Source of the DNA: a virus
Lineage: Duplodnaviria > Heunggongvirae > Uroviricota > Caudoviricetes
Strand: one strand, 5' to 3'
Length of the DNA stretch: 64,000 bases
Virus record (IMG/VR): IMGVR_UViG_3300025133_006513
Location: 53,289-117,288 of that record
Positions 9,151-18,540 of this stretch are shown here, one piece after another (positions within the stretch are counted from its first letter, which is position 1; each line of letters starts with the position of its first letter). The notes under the pieces are model-generated. The model was not told where the DNA came from. It ran no database searches and worked only from the letters and a program-made list of their open reading frames with translations. The translations under genes were made by a program, and so were the position numbers.

Positions 9151-9870
9151 TTGAAAGCGAAAGCCAAGGTCAAACTGATTCGCCCAGGTAATACTAAGCT
9201 GGGCGAGGTTGCGTGTTTCTCTATCCTTGCGGGCAACACGTGCCCAGGTAAGACAGAGACGTGCGCAGAAAACTGCTATGCCATGAAGCAATTCTTCAAG
9301 ATGGAGAACGTCCGTAAAGCGCATAGGCGTAACTGGGCGGCATCTGAAGAACCAGACTTCGAGGACAGAATGATCGACGAGATCAGGCAAGAGGACATAG
9401 AGCTATTAAGAGTACATGTAGCAGGTGATTTCTATAATGCGGGTTACATCCGCAAATGGATAAGAATCGCCGAGAGCTGCCCTGAGTCAGAGTTTTTTGC
9501 TTACACTCACTCGTGGCATATAGAAGAGCTACAAGATCCTTTGAAGCGGCTAGCTGAGCTGCCTAATTTACAGCTGTGGTGGTCCTGTGATAAGGACACG
9601 CACGTTGAACATGGTGAGCCGCACAGACTAGACGGCGTCAAAGTTGCGTATCTACAAAGTGAGCCCGGGGAACCAATCCCTGAGTACACTGACCTTGTAT
9701 TTCGAGTGAAACGGAAAACCGTCGAGAAGTATGTCGACGGACGTCTCGTATGTCCTGCTGAGCAAGGGATCAAACCTAAGCCCAGCTGCGAGAAGTGCCG
9801 TTTATGCTTCAGTGGGAAGGATATCCCGAAGAAGCTGCACTCACCGAGCATACCGCTTTTTTCTCCATAG
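9151..9870 (+). CDS. hypothetical Cys-rich protein (C-x6-C-x3-C near the N-terminus, CEKCRLC near the C-terminus)
   Basis: TTG start after AGGAGA. 239 aa with conserved-looking Cys clusters. Confidence 0.55.
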   Translation: MKAKAKVKLIRPGNTKLGEVACFSILAGNTCPGKTETCAENCYAMKQFFKMENVRKAHRRNWAASEEPDFEDRMIDEIRQEDIELLRVHVAGDFYNAGYIRKWIRIAESCPESEFFAYTHSWHIEELQDPLKRLAELPNLQLWWSCDKDTHVEHGEPHRLDGVKVAYLQSEPGEPIPEYTDLVFRVKRKTVEKYVDGRLVCPAEQGIKPKPSCEKCRLCFSGKDIPKKLHSPSIPLFSP

Positions 9871-9887
9871 TGGTAGTTTGTGAACCG

Positions 9888-9925
9888 GGACGGCGCTCCT
9901 CGCGGGGCGTCGTCCTTTTCTCTTT
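9888..9925 (+). terminator. rho-independent terminator
   Basis: GGACGGCG / CGTCGTCC stem with a 12-nt loop, followed by TTTTCTCTTT. Confidence 0.55.
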
Positions 9926-9964
9926 AACTGCAGTCGTATCCGGCTGCAGCAAGGAACCAATGGA

Positions 9965-10813
9965 ATGACTATTCGATTTGCTGAGACCCTCAAGCAGGCA
10001 TTGCCTGGTTTGAAAACACATCCTGAGGTGACACAACTCTGTCGCGAGGCGATGGCGGCTGTCACATTGCAGACCTTCAATAACTGGATCTTCACTCGCT
10101 ATATGCGAGAAGTGGAGTTCACCACGTGCACGCACCGCTACACAGGTGTCGCGCTCAACTCACCAGGCATGTCCGGACAACGCACAGCTGTCGGCGTGGC
10201 CATGTTTGATAAGGGCGAGTTGGGTAACATCCTTGTGGGCGGAGCAGCCAGCCACCCTTCAGACCCGTGGAATCGTCATCTAGGGCGTACCGTGGCGACG
10301 CTGCGTGTATATCGTGTCCCTATTGAGCTGGCGGCTATATGGTCAGTATGCCAATCACCGTGGGACCTGGACAACATCATCGACCCACGCTCGCTGATGC
10401 CTACGAAATGGCGAGAACCATGGCGGCAGCTGGAGAAGAACCACATCCCTACTTCTGCAATCCCTGCAGTAGTGGACGCGGCCCGCCAAGCATTTCATCA
10501 CGTATTGATGAGTGTGGGCAACGCCCGTATCGCGATCCAAGGCTCTGACCGCTACCGTTCGATCGTACCCCCAGACTCGTTGGGCCATAACGCAGTCATT
10601 GCATCGCAGCTAGTCGATGCTGCCTGCAAGCTGCCCGGTTCGTTACCGCTGACTGCTGAGCAGCGTACGAACCTCGCTGAGAAGGGTCGCGCAAAGTGGT
10701 TGGCGATGCCTTCACACATGCGAGAAGAGCATCGAGAACCTGACGCAGGTGCCCCAGCAGCCCCTGCAGCCCCCACTATCAAAATGGAGCCTTACGTCCG
10801 TGGAAATACTTAA
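9965..10813 (+). CDS. hypothetical protein
   Basis: 282-aa ORF. Confidence 0.55.
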   Translation: MTIRFAETLKQALPGLKTHPEVTQLCREAMAAVTLQTFNNWIFTRYMREVEFTTCTHRYTGVALNSPGMSGQRTAVGVAMFDKGELGNILVGGAASHPSDPWNRHLGRTVATLRVYRVPIELAAIWSVCQSPWDLDNIIDPRSLMPTKWREPWRQLEKNHIPTSAIPAVVDAARQAFHHVLMSVGNARIAIQGSDRYRSIVPPDSLGHNAVIASQLVDAACKLPGSLPLTAEQRTNLAEKGRAKWLAMPSHMREEHREPDAGAPAAPAAPTIKMEPYVRGNT

Positions 10814-11192
10814 AAGACTTTGCAAAGCGGTACGCACACCAGTGTACCAGTCGTTGTTTCTAATCGTGACTACCGTGTTTATTCTCGGTGCCACCGATAC
10901 TGCTGCGAATCCAACGTGGACACACACAGCTACTCTGGTCCTTTTGGTGTGTTATCTGCTTAAGACAGGTAAGACGTTCATGCAAGAGATCAGAGACACA
11001 CCACCGGAGATCGTTAAATCCGCAGACGACTGCTACACGCGTGAAGACCCTCCAGGGTGTCACTCGTTTACAATCAAGGAGGGTAAGCACGGCCACGTCG
11101 AGGTTGTCGACGAGGCCGAACATACGCACCCACCTGAGCTGGATGACGACTTTGGCCGTACGCCGTACCCTGATGACGAGTCTACTACTTAA
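10749..11192 (+). CDS. hypothetical membrane protein (2 predicted TM helices)
   Basis: Hydrophobic stretches LFLIVTTVFILGA and TATLVLLVCYLL. The start is uncertain. Confidence 0.45.
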   Translation: MPQQPLQPPLSKWSLTSVEILKRLCKAVRTPVYQSLFLIVTTVFILGATDTAANPTWTHTATLVLLVCYLLKTGKTFMQEIRDTPPEIVKSADDCYTREDPPGCHSFTIKEGKHGHVEVVDEAEHTHPPELDDDFGRTPYPDDESTT

Positions 11193-12399
11193 GCTTGTCC
11201 CAGAGGCTCCCAGGCTTCGGCTTGTGCTGTTCTGCCATGGAGACCTGCTCAGCTGCGGAGATCGATCTTCCGACTGATGCAGACTTCGTGGCGAACGGTG
11301 CAATGCCAGCCTCGGATACAACCTCGTCAAACAACTCGGCATCGCCAAGCGGCAATGTCGGGACAATGTTGGCGAGCTTTTCAATATCAACCCAGGCACC
11401 TGCCGTGCAGACTTCGTCAGTGAAGTCATCACCCAGGTTATCGGCAAGCGACTGGACGGCCACCTTCTGGAGGTCGTCACGCTTGTAATACTTACCGGTA
11501 AGCGGGCTCCCGATCACGCTGTCACCAGCGTCTCGGGCAGCTTTGCCTGTTACCGCGAACAGCACATCCTCAGGACGCTCGATGACGTCATCGTACCGGC
11601 CGCGAAGATTGTGCTCACCGTCGAACGCGTCGACGATGCTTGCGATATCCCCAAGAGAGGAGATGTACCCGCCAGGACTGTTCTCACAGATCCCTGCAAG
11701 CTTTTCCATCTCTTGTTGGATTTCAGAGGGCTGGTGGGTATTGCCAGCAGCGCGGATACGTGTGCGAAGCATCGCAGCGACATCCTTGCCAGCACAGGCA
11801 CCCATGCAAGCTGTCTTCTCAAGCATGTAGCGATGCTCGGGTAAGCCTGCACCAAACTCGGAGGCCTTCTCCAGCACCTTTTCAGCAACCTTGCGTCGAT
11901 CGGCGAAGGGGAGCTCATCACGGTGATCTTGCAGCCAAGCCGCTGCAGTCTTCACTTCCTTTGCATTTCGCATAGGGTAGTGACGCTCATTGGTGCCGTC
12001 GCCTGCGTCGAATACAATGGCGAATACGTTATCAGGTAACGCGGTCTCGTCGTACTCAGACGCGGCAGCTACCTTCTCAGTGAGCCGACGCATGTAGCCT
12101 GTGACTTTGAAGTACTCAGCAGCTTTCTCGAGCTTACTCTCGATCAAAGATGCGTGGTGCTTGTTCAACTCAGCCTTCTTCTCTTGAAAGAAAATTGAAG
12201 AAATGACTGTCGCCGGACCCGAATGGATGGGATAATGCCGACGCGTCATGTCTGCATACAGGTGTGGGGGAAGGTCCCCGCCGCCGCAGACATCCTGCTG
12301 ACTTGCGTTCTTCACGAAGTCAGGCAGTGGGTAGACCGAAAGAATGCGATGAAGCTCTTGGCCGTTGAGGTCGGTTGTTTGGTCGTTTACCTTAGACAT
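11185..12399 (-). CDS. hypothetical protein (lone minus-strand gene in a plus-strand block)
   Basis: 404-aa ORF. AGGAG RBS on the minus strand. Divergent from 12429 with only a 29-nt spacer. Confidence 0.55.
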   Translation of the reverse strand: MSKVNDQTTDLNGQELHRILSVYPLPDFVKNASQQDVCGGGDLPPHLYADMTRRHYPIHSGPATVISSIFFQEKKAELNKHHASLIESKLEKAAEYFKVTGYMRRLTEKVAAASEYDETALPDNVFAIVFDAGDGTNERHYPMRNAKEVKTAAAWLQDHRDELPFADRRKVAEKVLEKASEFGAGLPEHRYMLEKTACMGACAGKDVAAMLRTRIRAAGNTHQPSEIQQEMEKLAGICENSPGGYISSLGDIASIVDAFDGEHNLRGRYDDVIERPEDVLFAVTGKAARDAGDSVIGSPLTGKYYKRDDLQKVAVQSLADNLGDDFTDEVCTAGAWVDIEKLANIVPTLPLGDAELFDEVVSEAGIAPFATKSASVGRSISAAEQVSMAEQHKPKPGSLWDKLK

Positions 12400-12428
12400 G
12401 TGTAGTAACTCCTGTACCGGAGAGTAAA

Positions 12429-15197
12429 ATGACAGAACTATCGATCAACAGCTTGATTGATTGGCGACAAGTGTTGCCAATGCTGGGTATTGACGCTGAG
12501 GAAAAACCTCTGCCGATGGTAGTAACATGCCCGCTGTGCCGCGGACCTCGTCTGACAATTTTTGATGATACCAGATTTGGGGGTAACTGGCACCACTGTC
12601 TTGATTGTAACACCACAGGGGGCATGATAGCACTAGCAGCAAAGGCCTGGAAATACACAATCCCAGAAACAATCAGGAAACTGGCTGACTGTGGCGCCAC
12701 GATAGATGAGAAGTACACGCACGACAAAGCCATCGCGAAGTATGAGAAGTACTTCTCCGGGATGCAGGACGAGGCGGACCGCCTGGCTGTTGACTCGCGG
12801 AAGCTCTTACACAGCGGCAAAGTAAACGTACAGTACGTGCTCCAGCAATCAGGGTTCGGTGCTGACCAGAAGACGCTCTACTGGCCCAAGCGTATGGGTC
12901 GATTCATGGGAGCGGCAGGGCGGCTACGTATCTACCAGTCGATCTTCAACAAGCCAGACGAGACCAACTTCGATAAGATGCACCGGCAGCGGCTACTCAG
13001 CGGCAAGGGCTGGCGGGACGTAGTTACGATCCCATTCCACTCACTGCCTGGGCAGACATCTGGCTGGTTGTTCATCGGGAAACGTGGTGCCGGCACGGCT
13101 GACCATGCGTTCCATATCTTTGATGGCGGCTATGCGAGGCCTACTGCTGAGTCAGGGCTGTGCATGTACGATGTGCTGGACACACCCACAGCGTACAAAG
13201 ATAAGTTTGGCGATAACGTCTTCGTGTTCAACAATCCCCTGACTGCACTGCAGCTGCAGGGGCGACACATGCGAGACTCCGAGCTACCGCTACCGCTGGT
13301 CGCGTCATACAACGCCAAGCAGAAGCGGATACGTAATGTTGTGTCGCTGGTAGTCCACGACCTGTGGAAGACCCGCCCAGATAAGAAGTTCATCTTCTGG
13401 GGCCCAGCACTGTCGGCTGACGTGTTTAACATGGCAGCCAGGGCTGATGGCCAAGTGTTTATCGGCGCAGGCCCTACCCATGTGCGTAACTACTCACCAC
13501 ACGGATGCCTGTCGCACATCCAAAAGCACGCACGGTATTGGATGGTAGCACTAGAAGAACACATGGCGAGGCTGCCAGAGGATACAGCTGTTACGTTCTT
13601 GAACAGCCTGAACCTCGGAGCTGAACGCTTAAAGCGGTTCCGCGCGGGGTGCTCCGACGGGATGCAACGCTTACTGGACCGTAACCGCGGTCGCGTCAAG
13701 CTGATGGGCAGCATCACAGTGAAGGGCAAAGACATAATTGAAACACCGCTGGGCTGGGCAATCAGCGGCAAGATGGATGAATGCATATCCAACGCTGTCA
13801 TACGTATCGACAAGGTGCTGTGCTCCACAGACGAGTCTATTGAGCCCATCTATGCGGGACGTATCCTGCTGGACGGAGAGGAGTATGAGTTCCAGGAGAC
13901 GATGGACGTCATCGAGAAGAACCCCGCGAACTGGCTCAAGAAGAAGATGCTCGCTGTTGCCAGTAAGCTTGTTGTCGTCAAGCAAAACTGGAGCTTACAG
14001 CTGTTGGACATTGCCCGGCAATTCCACGAACCACAAATCATTAGGGAGGATGGAAAGTTTGGCTGGAAACCACGAGACGGTTGTTTCGTGTTACCCCAAT
14101 TTTCCGTACGTCTGGGTGGTGAAGTTAATGCAGAGTCCGCTTACGTCGTAGACGAGTGGACTCCGGGGCGGGAGCTTGTACCTCCTGCCCAGGTGCCAGA
14201 TATGGCAGCGTTACTTGCCGACACACCATCCAACCGTCTGTTCTGGGCGACCATGACCTGTATCGTAGCTAATATAACCGCCCCCGCAGTTGGCCAGGTG
14301 CCATGCGGTGTGGGCGTGATTGGACACGGTGCGCTGATGCTAGGTCGTGCGTCTGCCCGGGCAGCGGGTTGCTGTGAGTACAAGCCTGGAGGTAGCAAAC
14401 CAGGCCATACAGATAAGGTTACCCGACAAATGGAGATGATTACCAGGAGGCACGGCTGGCCACTGATTGTCATGCCGACGTACGGCGGATCATCTAAGAG
14501 CCTGCTGCATCCGTGGTTCAACGGCGATAACAATCGTAATGTTGTGCTACACATGCGTACCGAGTACGAGGCGGCTATGGCTGCGGTACTCGGCCCCTGG
14601 CGGTTCATCCGTGAAGCCACACCCATCGAAGCTGGCCCCGAGGTCCGCATGTACGGCCGTTATGTCATCTCCGCCTGGCTTCAATGGATTTGTCAGCGAA
14701 AGCTAGATGTATCTGGCGATCAGTCATACATCGGCAACGTCAATCACCACCTGGCTACGATGATGGCCAGCTACGGTGCTCCTGATGTAGTCTGGGAGGG
14801 TGGTCGCCTTATCGACGAAGGTTCTGACCATGAATCACAGCACGCCCCGCACTACGCCTACCTGTTATGGCAGATGATCGAAGCGGGTGATTTGAAGTTC
14901 GTGCATGCGGATGACATGGCGAAAACCCCTGTCCCCAAGATCATTTTAATCAGCGACGAGGACACACCACCTAGTGTTTTTGTCGGACGCGATACAGTTA
15001 ATAGCTTGCTAGTAAAGCGTGGTATCACGCTACCAGATAATGTAAAGGTCACCGAGGCACTACGGATTGGCAATGCTCTGGATAGGGAATGTGAATATAA
15101 TGGTGAAATAGGCTGGTTACTCTACGGATCGTGGTGGGATCAGCAGATTGAGCACTTTCGTTCTTCCCGACGCCTACAGGTGATAGGAGGTACATGA
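12429..15197 (+). CDS. large (922 aa) protein with N-terminal CHC2-type primase-like zinc finger; possible primase-like protein
   Basis: CPLCRGPRLTIFDDTRFGGNWHHCLDCNTTGGMIALA matches the DnaG-type zinc-binding pattern CP..x..P.F.....HCFGC..G..I.F. The remainder is unassigned. Confidence 0.45.
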   Translation: MTELSINSLIDWRQVLPMLGIDAEEKPLPMVVTCPLCRGPRLTIFDDTRFGGNWHHCLDCNTTGGMIALAAKAWKYTIPETIRKLADCGATIDEKYTHDKAIAKYEKYFSGMQDEADRLAVDSRKLLHSGKVNVQYVLQQSGFGADQKTLYWPKRMGRFMGAAGRLRIYQSIFNKPDETNFDKMHRQRLLSGKGWRDVVTIPFHSLPGQTSGWLFIGKRGAGTADHAFHIFDGGYARPTAESGLCMYDVLDTPTAYKDKFGDNVFVFNNPLTALQLQGRHMRDSELPLPLVASYNAKQKRIRNVVSLVVHDLWKTRPDKKFIFWGPALSADVFNMAARADGQVFIGAGPTHVRNYSPHGCLSHIQKHARYWMVALEEHMARLPEDTAVTFLNSLNLGAERLKRFRAGCSDGMQRLLDRNRGRVKLMGSITVKGKDIIETPLGWAISGKMDECISNAVIRIDKVLCSTDESIEPIYAGRILLDGEEYEFQETMDVIEKNPANWLKKKMLAVASKLVVVKQNWSLQLLDIARQFHEPQIIREDGKFGWKPRDGCFVLPQFSVRLGGEVNAESAYVVDEWTPGRELVPPAQVPDMAALLADTPSNRLFWATMTCIVANITAPAVGQVPCGVGVIGHGALMLGRASARAAGCCEYKPGGSKPGHTDKVTRQMEMITRRHGWPLIVMPTYGGSSKSLLHPWFNGDNNRNVVLHMRTEYEAAMAAVLGPWRFIREATPIEAGPEVRMYGRYVISAWLQWICQRKLDVSGDQSYIGNVNHHLATMMASYGAPDVVWEGGRLIDEGSDHESQHAPHYAYLLWQMIEAGDLKFVHADDMAKTPVPKIILISDEDTPPSVFVGRDTVNSLLVKRGITLPDNVKVTEALRIGNALDRECEYNGEIGWLLYGSWWDQQIEHFRSSRRLQVIGGT

Positions 15198-15484
15198 TGA
15201 ACGCGAAGAAAATGATCAAGCTCTGCAAAACAGCACGGGCAAGCCTCGACGACCTCGAAGGGTTGTCACCATATATCCCTGAAGACCAAAACGCTACCAA
15301 GTTCATTTACCAGTCCCTGATTGCTGTGGATGAGCTTCAAAATATCGCGAAGTGGGAGACAATCACCAACGTGACTGTCCCGCAAGCAGCAGACATACAC
15401 CGGATCCTGGTGAAGATCGAGTACCTCATGGGTTTGATCCCTGATAGCATCAAAAACCCCTCAGATCCTACAGATGGCGAATGA
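15194..15484 (+). CDS. hypothetical protein
   Basis: ATGA overlap with the upstream gene. 96 aa. Confidence 0.5.
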   Translation: MMNAKKMIKLCKTARASLDDLEGLSPYIPEDQNATKFIYQSLIAVDELQNIAKWETITNVTVPQAADIHRILVKIEYLMGLIPDSIKNPSDPTDGE

Positions 15485-15797
15485 TGCTGTAGCCAGGTAC
15501 GTCAAGAAACTGGCGTGGCTGAAGGCCTATAAGCTGGCAAACCCCTGCCCTTGCGGCGAGACAGAGCCGGTGTGTCTATCCTTCCACCACCGCGACCCGG
15601 CGACAAAATTATTCAACGTGGGCAAGGCCCGTAAATCGATCGGTATGGATAAGTTGGAGGAAGAGGCTGCAAAGTGTGACGTGTTATGCTTAAACTGTCA
15701 TGCAAAGCTTCACCTTAAGCTAAAGAATACTATGGCCGCTTTGGAGAAATCTCAGGCAACCCAAGCATCTGGTGGCGGTGGCAGCAGTCGCCGGTAG
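15474..15797 (+). CDS. free-standing HNH endonuclease
   Basis: CPCGETEPVCLSFHHRDPATKLFNVG...CDVLCLNCHAKLH is an HNH motif with flanking Cys pairs. Confidence 0.7.
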   Translation: MANDAVARYVKKLAWLKAYKLANPCPCGETEPVCLSFHHRDPATKLFNVGKARKSIGMDKLEEEAAKCDVLCLNCHAKLHLKLKNTMAALEKSQATQASGGGGSSRR

Positions 15798-15839
15798 CAC
15801 TGGACAGCTTTAAGCTATTCACGCAGAATAGAATGTTAG

Positions 15840-15874
15840 CACCGGGGTCCACGCGGGCCCCGGTGTTCTTTTGG
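15840..15874 (+). terminator. rho-independent terminator
   Basis: CACCGGGG / CCCCGGTG 8-bp stem with a 10-nt loop, followed by TTCTTTTGG. Confidence 0.6.
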
Positions 15875-15898
15875 ACAAGTAACCTTTAGAAGGAGTGA

Positions 15899-16273
15899 GT
15901 GATGACAAAGGAAAAGCGTAAAATCAAACGAGCAGCAGCAAGGGACGAAAAAGCAAAGGCCGACGCACTACAAGCCAAAGCCGACAAGAAGAAGCGAAAC
16001 ATGGAAGCATACAAGGCCAAGCAGCACGCAGAACACGCAAGGCAAGAGCGACAGTTCCAGAAAGAGCGTAAAGTGATGAAGGCCCGTTTTGCCGATCAAA
16101 AGAAGACACACAATCGGCTCGTACGTATAGAGGGGGCTGGGGCGTTCATGGTGACGAAGAAAGAAAAAGAACCGGATAACCCAGAACGGCAACAAGCTCT
16201 GGCGGAACTTAAAACACTGACGGACGAATTTCATCAGTTAACGGGTACGCGGATTGAGATAAGCGAACCATAG
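15899..16273 (+). CDS. hypothetical Lys/Glu-rich coiled-coil protein
   Basis: AAGGAG RBS. 124 aa, highly charged. Confidence 0.55.
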   Translation: MMTKEKRKIKRAAARDEKAKADALQAKADKKKRNMEAYKAKQHAEHARQERQFQKERKVMKARFADQKKTHNRLVRIEGAGAFMVTKKEKEPDNPERQQALAELKTLTDEFHQLTGTRIEISEP

Positions 16274-16369
16274 CATCTGTCAATACAGGAGACCAATTGA
16301 AGAGTGAGTAGCCGCCTGTGACGCTCCCGCTAAGCCTAGCGGTGGGACCTTCGGGTCGGGAGCGCACAT

Positions 16370-16441
16370 GCCGCATTAGTCTAGTGGTTATGACTTCGGA
16401 TTTTCTATCCGACAACGGGAGTTCGATTCTCCCATGCGGTA
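16370..16441 (+). tRNA. tRNA, anticodon loop UUUUCUA (UUC-Glu by the canonical 7-nt loop; UCU-Arg not excluded)
   Basis: Hand-folded cloverleaf. The acceptor is GCCGCAT/ATGCGGT with a G1-U72 wobble. The D loop is AGTGGTTA. The anticodon stem is TCGGA/TCCGA. The T arm is GGGAG-TTCGATT-CTCCC. The discriminator is A. Confidence 0.6.
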
Positions 16442-16446
16442 CTTGA

Positions 16447-16517
16447 TGCCTGGAAGTGTACTGGCTGCACACTAAGTTTTGGTCTTAGGAGACTGGGTTC
16501 GATTCCCGGCCGGGCTG
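16447..16517 (+). tRNA. tRNA-Gln-like (anticodon UUG)
   Basis: D stem GTGT/GCAC. Anticodon arm CTAAG-TTTTGGT-CTTAG. T arm CTGGG-TTCGATT-CCCGG. Six of seven acceptor pairs form, with a 1:72 mismatch. Confidence 0.5.
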
Positions 16518-16536
16518 CTTGAAAGGAGAGTGATAA

Positions 16537-16973
16537 TGAATGTTCTCATTTATGCTATCGCGATACTTACAACAGCTTCCGTAGTCCCTGAGACTGCGGT
16601 GAACGACCAAGTTGAGCTCATCGAGATCAACCACTTCTATGACGATCAGGGCCGCCTCGTCTTTGACCAGGTCATCTTCTACGACTGGTGCACCTACGAT
16701 AATCGCTACCAGGTGCGGGCGTGGCGGTTGCTCAAACACAACGCACAAATACCCCGCTACAACTGGCGTAGCAGCGACTACACGACTATCTGGCACGATG
16801 GAGATGTGCTACGTCGCGTGCGGTGTAAGGTCCTCCGTGAGACCTGGACGCAGTTCGACCCGGAGATCCTGGAGCGGGATTTCCTGCCTAAGGAGTACCG
16901 GCGGGAGCTGCGTAAGATAAGGAAACGCAAACAGGAGACTCCGGATATTCATCCGGGCGACCTTGACCCATAA
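16537..16973 (+). CDS. hypothetical protein with N-terminal signal/TM segment; C-terminus contains ...RRELRKIRKRKQ...
   Basis: AAAGGAG RBS precedes ATG 16537. The tracked ORF start at 16479 lies inside the tRNA and was trimmed. Confidence 0.55.
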
Positions 16974-17005
16974 ATTTGATCACATGAACAAAAAGGAGTG
17001 TATCT

Positions 17006-17188
17006 GTGGTATACGCAGATAGTGAACACACACATGGCTGCTTGTGGGTGATGGTTATTATCCTGGTACTCGCAGGAGGCGCGACCTACACGACACTGCA
17101 GTACTTCGAAGGCAGGCTGCGAGAGATTGAACTACGACTAGATATTAAACCAAAGCAGCGGCTACCGCTGCCAGGAGACGAAGAATGA
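17006..17188 (+). CDS. small membrane protein
   Basis: GTG start after AAAAGGAG. One TM helix (WVMVIILVLAGGA). Confidence 0.45.
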   Translation: MVYADSEHTHGCLWVMVIILVLAGGATYTTLQYFEGRLREIELRLDIKPKQRLPLPGDEE

Positions 17189-17287
17189 ATAGAAGTGGCC
17201 CAGACGTGGCCCCCTTTCATTTTTTAGATATCTGAATGTAAGAGTTTCTCTGGGTGTCAGCTTGTAGCTGGTGCCCTGTTCCATTGA

Positions 17288-17325
17288 CCCCAGCCGGGAC
17301 TGCAAGCTCGGCTGGGGTTTTCTTT
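17288..17325 (+). terminator. rho-independent terminator
   Basis: CCCCAGCCG / CGGCTGGGG 9-bp stem, followed by TTTTCTTT. Confidence 0.7.
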
Positions 17326-17364
17326 AGGAGTACCACAATGAAAATAGCAAAGGAGGACTAACGG

Positions 17365-17847
17365 ATGATTATCGATGCAGCTGCTATTGCGGATATGGAC
17401 CTTTCTTTGCGAGCAGCATGTGAGGACCGTATATTGTACGACAGAATGCAATGGATCACGCTAAGTGATGCAGATTTTAGCAAGATGATCGCTACAGGCC
17501 ATGACCGGCACATAATAAGTACCAGGAGAGAAGTTGTCTCGCGTAGTCGCCTACACGGGATGGTAGGCGGGCCGATATGGCTCAGGCGTATAGCGGGCAA
17601 TATGGGCGAGTCGCTCGCGAACACGGTTAGAATCTGGGAAGGCAGACGACTGCAAGTGTTCAGCCATCCCCCTCGCATAGCTGTCTTCAGTAGTGGTGCA
17701 GAAGGCCATTACGAGATATACGCGCAGCTGGTGTACACCACAATTGCTTACCCGATACTCGGCGTTGAACTTGTTAGTAGTGTTACCAAAATACCTAGCG
17801 TTCCAACCGAACGCCAACCAAGAAAGATAAGGCTGAAAGATGCTTGA
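17365..17847 (+). CDS. hypothetical protein ending ...ERQPRKIRLKDA
   Basis: AAGGAGG RBS. 160 aa. Carries the recurring C-terminal tail. Confidence 0.55.
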   Translation: MIIDAAAIADMDLSLRAACEDRILYDRMQWITLSDADFSKMIATGHDRHIISTRREVVSRSRLHGMVGGPIWLRRIAGNMGESLANTVRIWEGRRLQVFSHPPRIAVFSSGAEGHYEIYAQLVYTTIAYPILGVELVSSVTKIPSVPTERQPRKIRLKDA

Positions 17848-18154
17848 ACTGAAGGAGATCGATCTATCAAAATGTTTCGGCTGCGATCATCCTGATGTTC
17901 GCACTGATGGTACGCAGTACTTGGCGTACCATCAAACTTGGGGCCACGTGGGCCCGAAATGGCACGTGGGTACGTTTAGCCGCCAGTGGTGGGGCCTATC
18001 CATGAATTTTGGCGACTACCGCAAGCAGCTCGACGACGCTGAGTACCCAGATAAAACTAACGAATGGCTACTCCTGTTCGAAATGGGTGGCCCTATCAAA
18101 GACAACTCCCGACCCCCGGATGAGCGACAGCTCAGAAAGATACGACTCAAATGA
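17840..18154 (+). CDS. hypothetical protein ending ...ERQLRKIRLK
   Basis: 104 aa. Carries the recurring C-terminal tail. Confidence 0.55.
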   Translation: MLELKEIDLSKCFGCDHPDVRTDGTQYLAYHQTWGHVGPKWHVGTFSRQWWGLSMNFGDYRKQLDDAEYPDKTNEWLLLFEMGGPIKDNSRPPDERQLRKIRLK

Positions 18155-18540
18155 CACCAGAAAAAGAAGAAGCGTTAATCGCCAAGTACCCGAGCATCTT
18201 TCGGGACTGCAATGGCGAGGATGAAACGGTTACCTGCATGGCCGCTGGGCTATGCGTAGGTGACGGGTGGTGCGACCTTATCGACGAGCTTTGTGCTGAG
18301 ATCATGAAGCTTGAAGATATCCCCGACTTCAAGGCCTCGCAGGTCAAAGAGAAGTTCGGCGGGCTGCGGTTCTATACGAGCGGCGGCGACGATAAGTCTT
18401 ATAAGCTAGTCTGTGCAGCAGAGACGTTTTCGTTCTGTGTCTGTGAAGCCTGCGGCAGCAAAGAGAACGTAACAACCTCAGGCGGCTGGCTGGCTACTCG
18501 GTGCCACGCCTGCCGGAACCCGCCACGAGACAGTAAGTAA
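18151..18540 (+). CDS. hypothetical Cys-rich protein
   Basis: ATGA overlap with the upstream gene. 129 aa with CEACGS...CHAC motifs. Confidence 0.55.
   Translation: MTPEKEEALIAKYPSIFRDCNGEDETVTCMAAGLCVGDGWCDLIDELCAEIMKLEDIPDFKASQVKEKFGGLRFYTSGGDDKSYKLVCAAETFSFCVCEACGSKENVTTSGGWLATRCHACRNPPRDSK

Noticed and set aside
10860-11480. 206-aa minus-strand ORF
   Set aside because: Low-complexity S/R/L-rich antisense translation overlapping two better-supported genes.
16479-16536. 5' extension of ORF 16479..16973
   Set aside because: It would run through the tRNA at 16447-16517. The RBS-supported ATG at 16537 was used instead.
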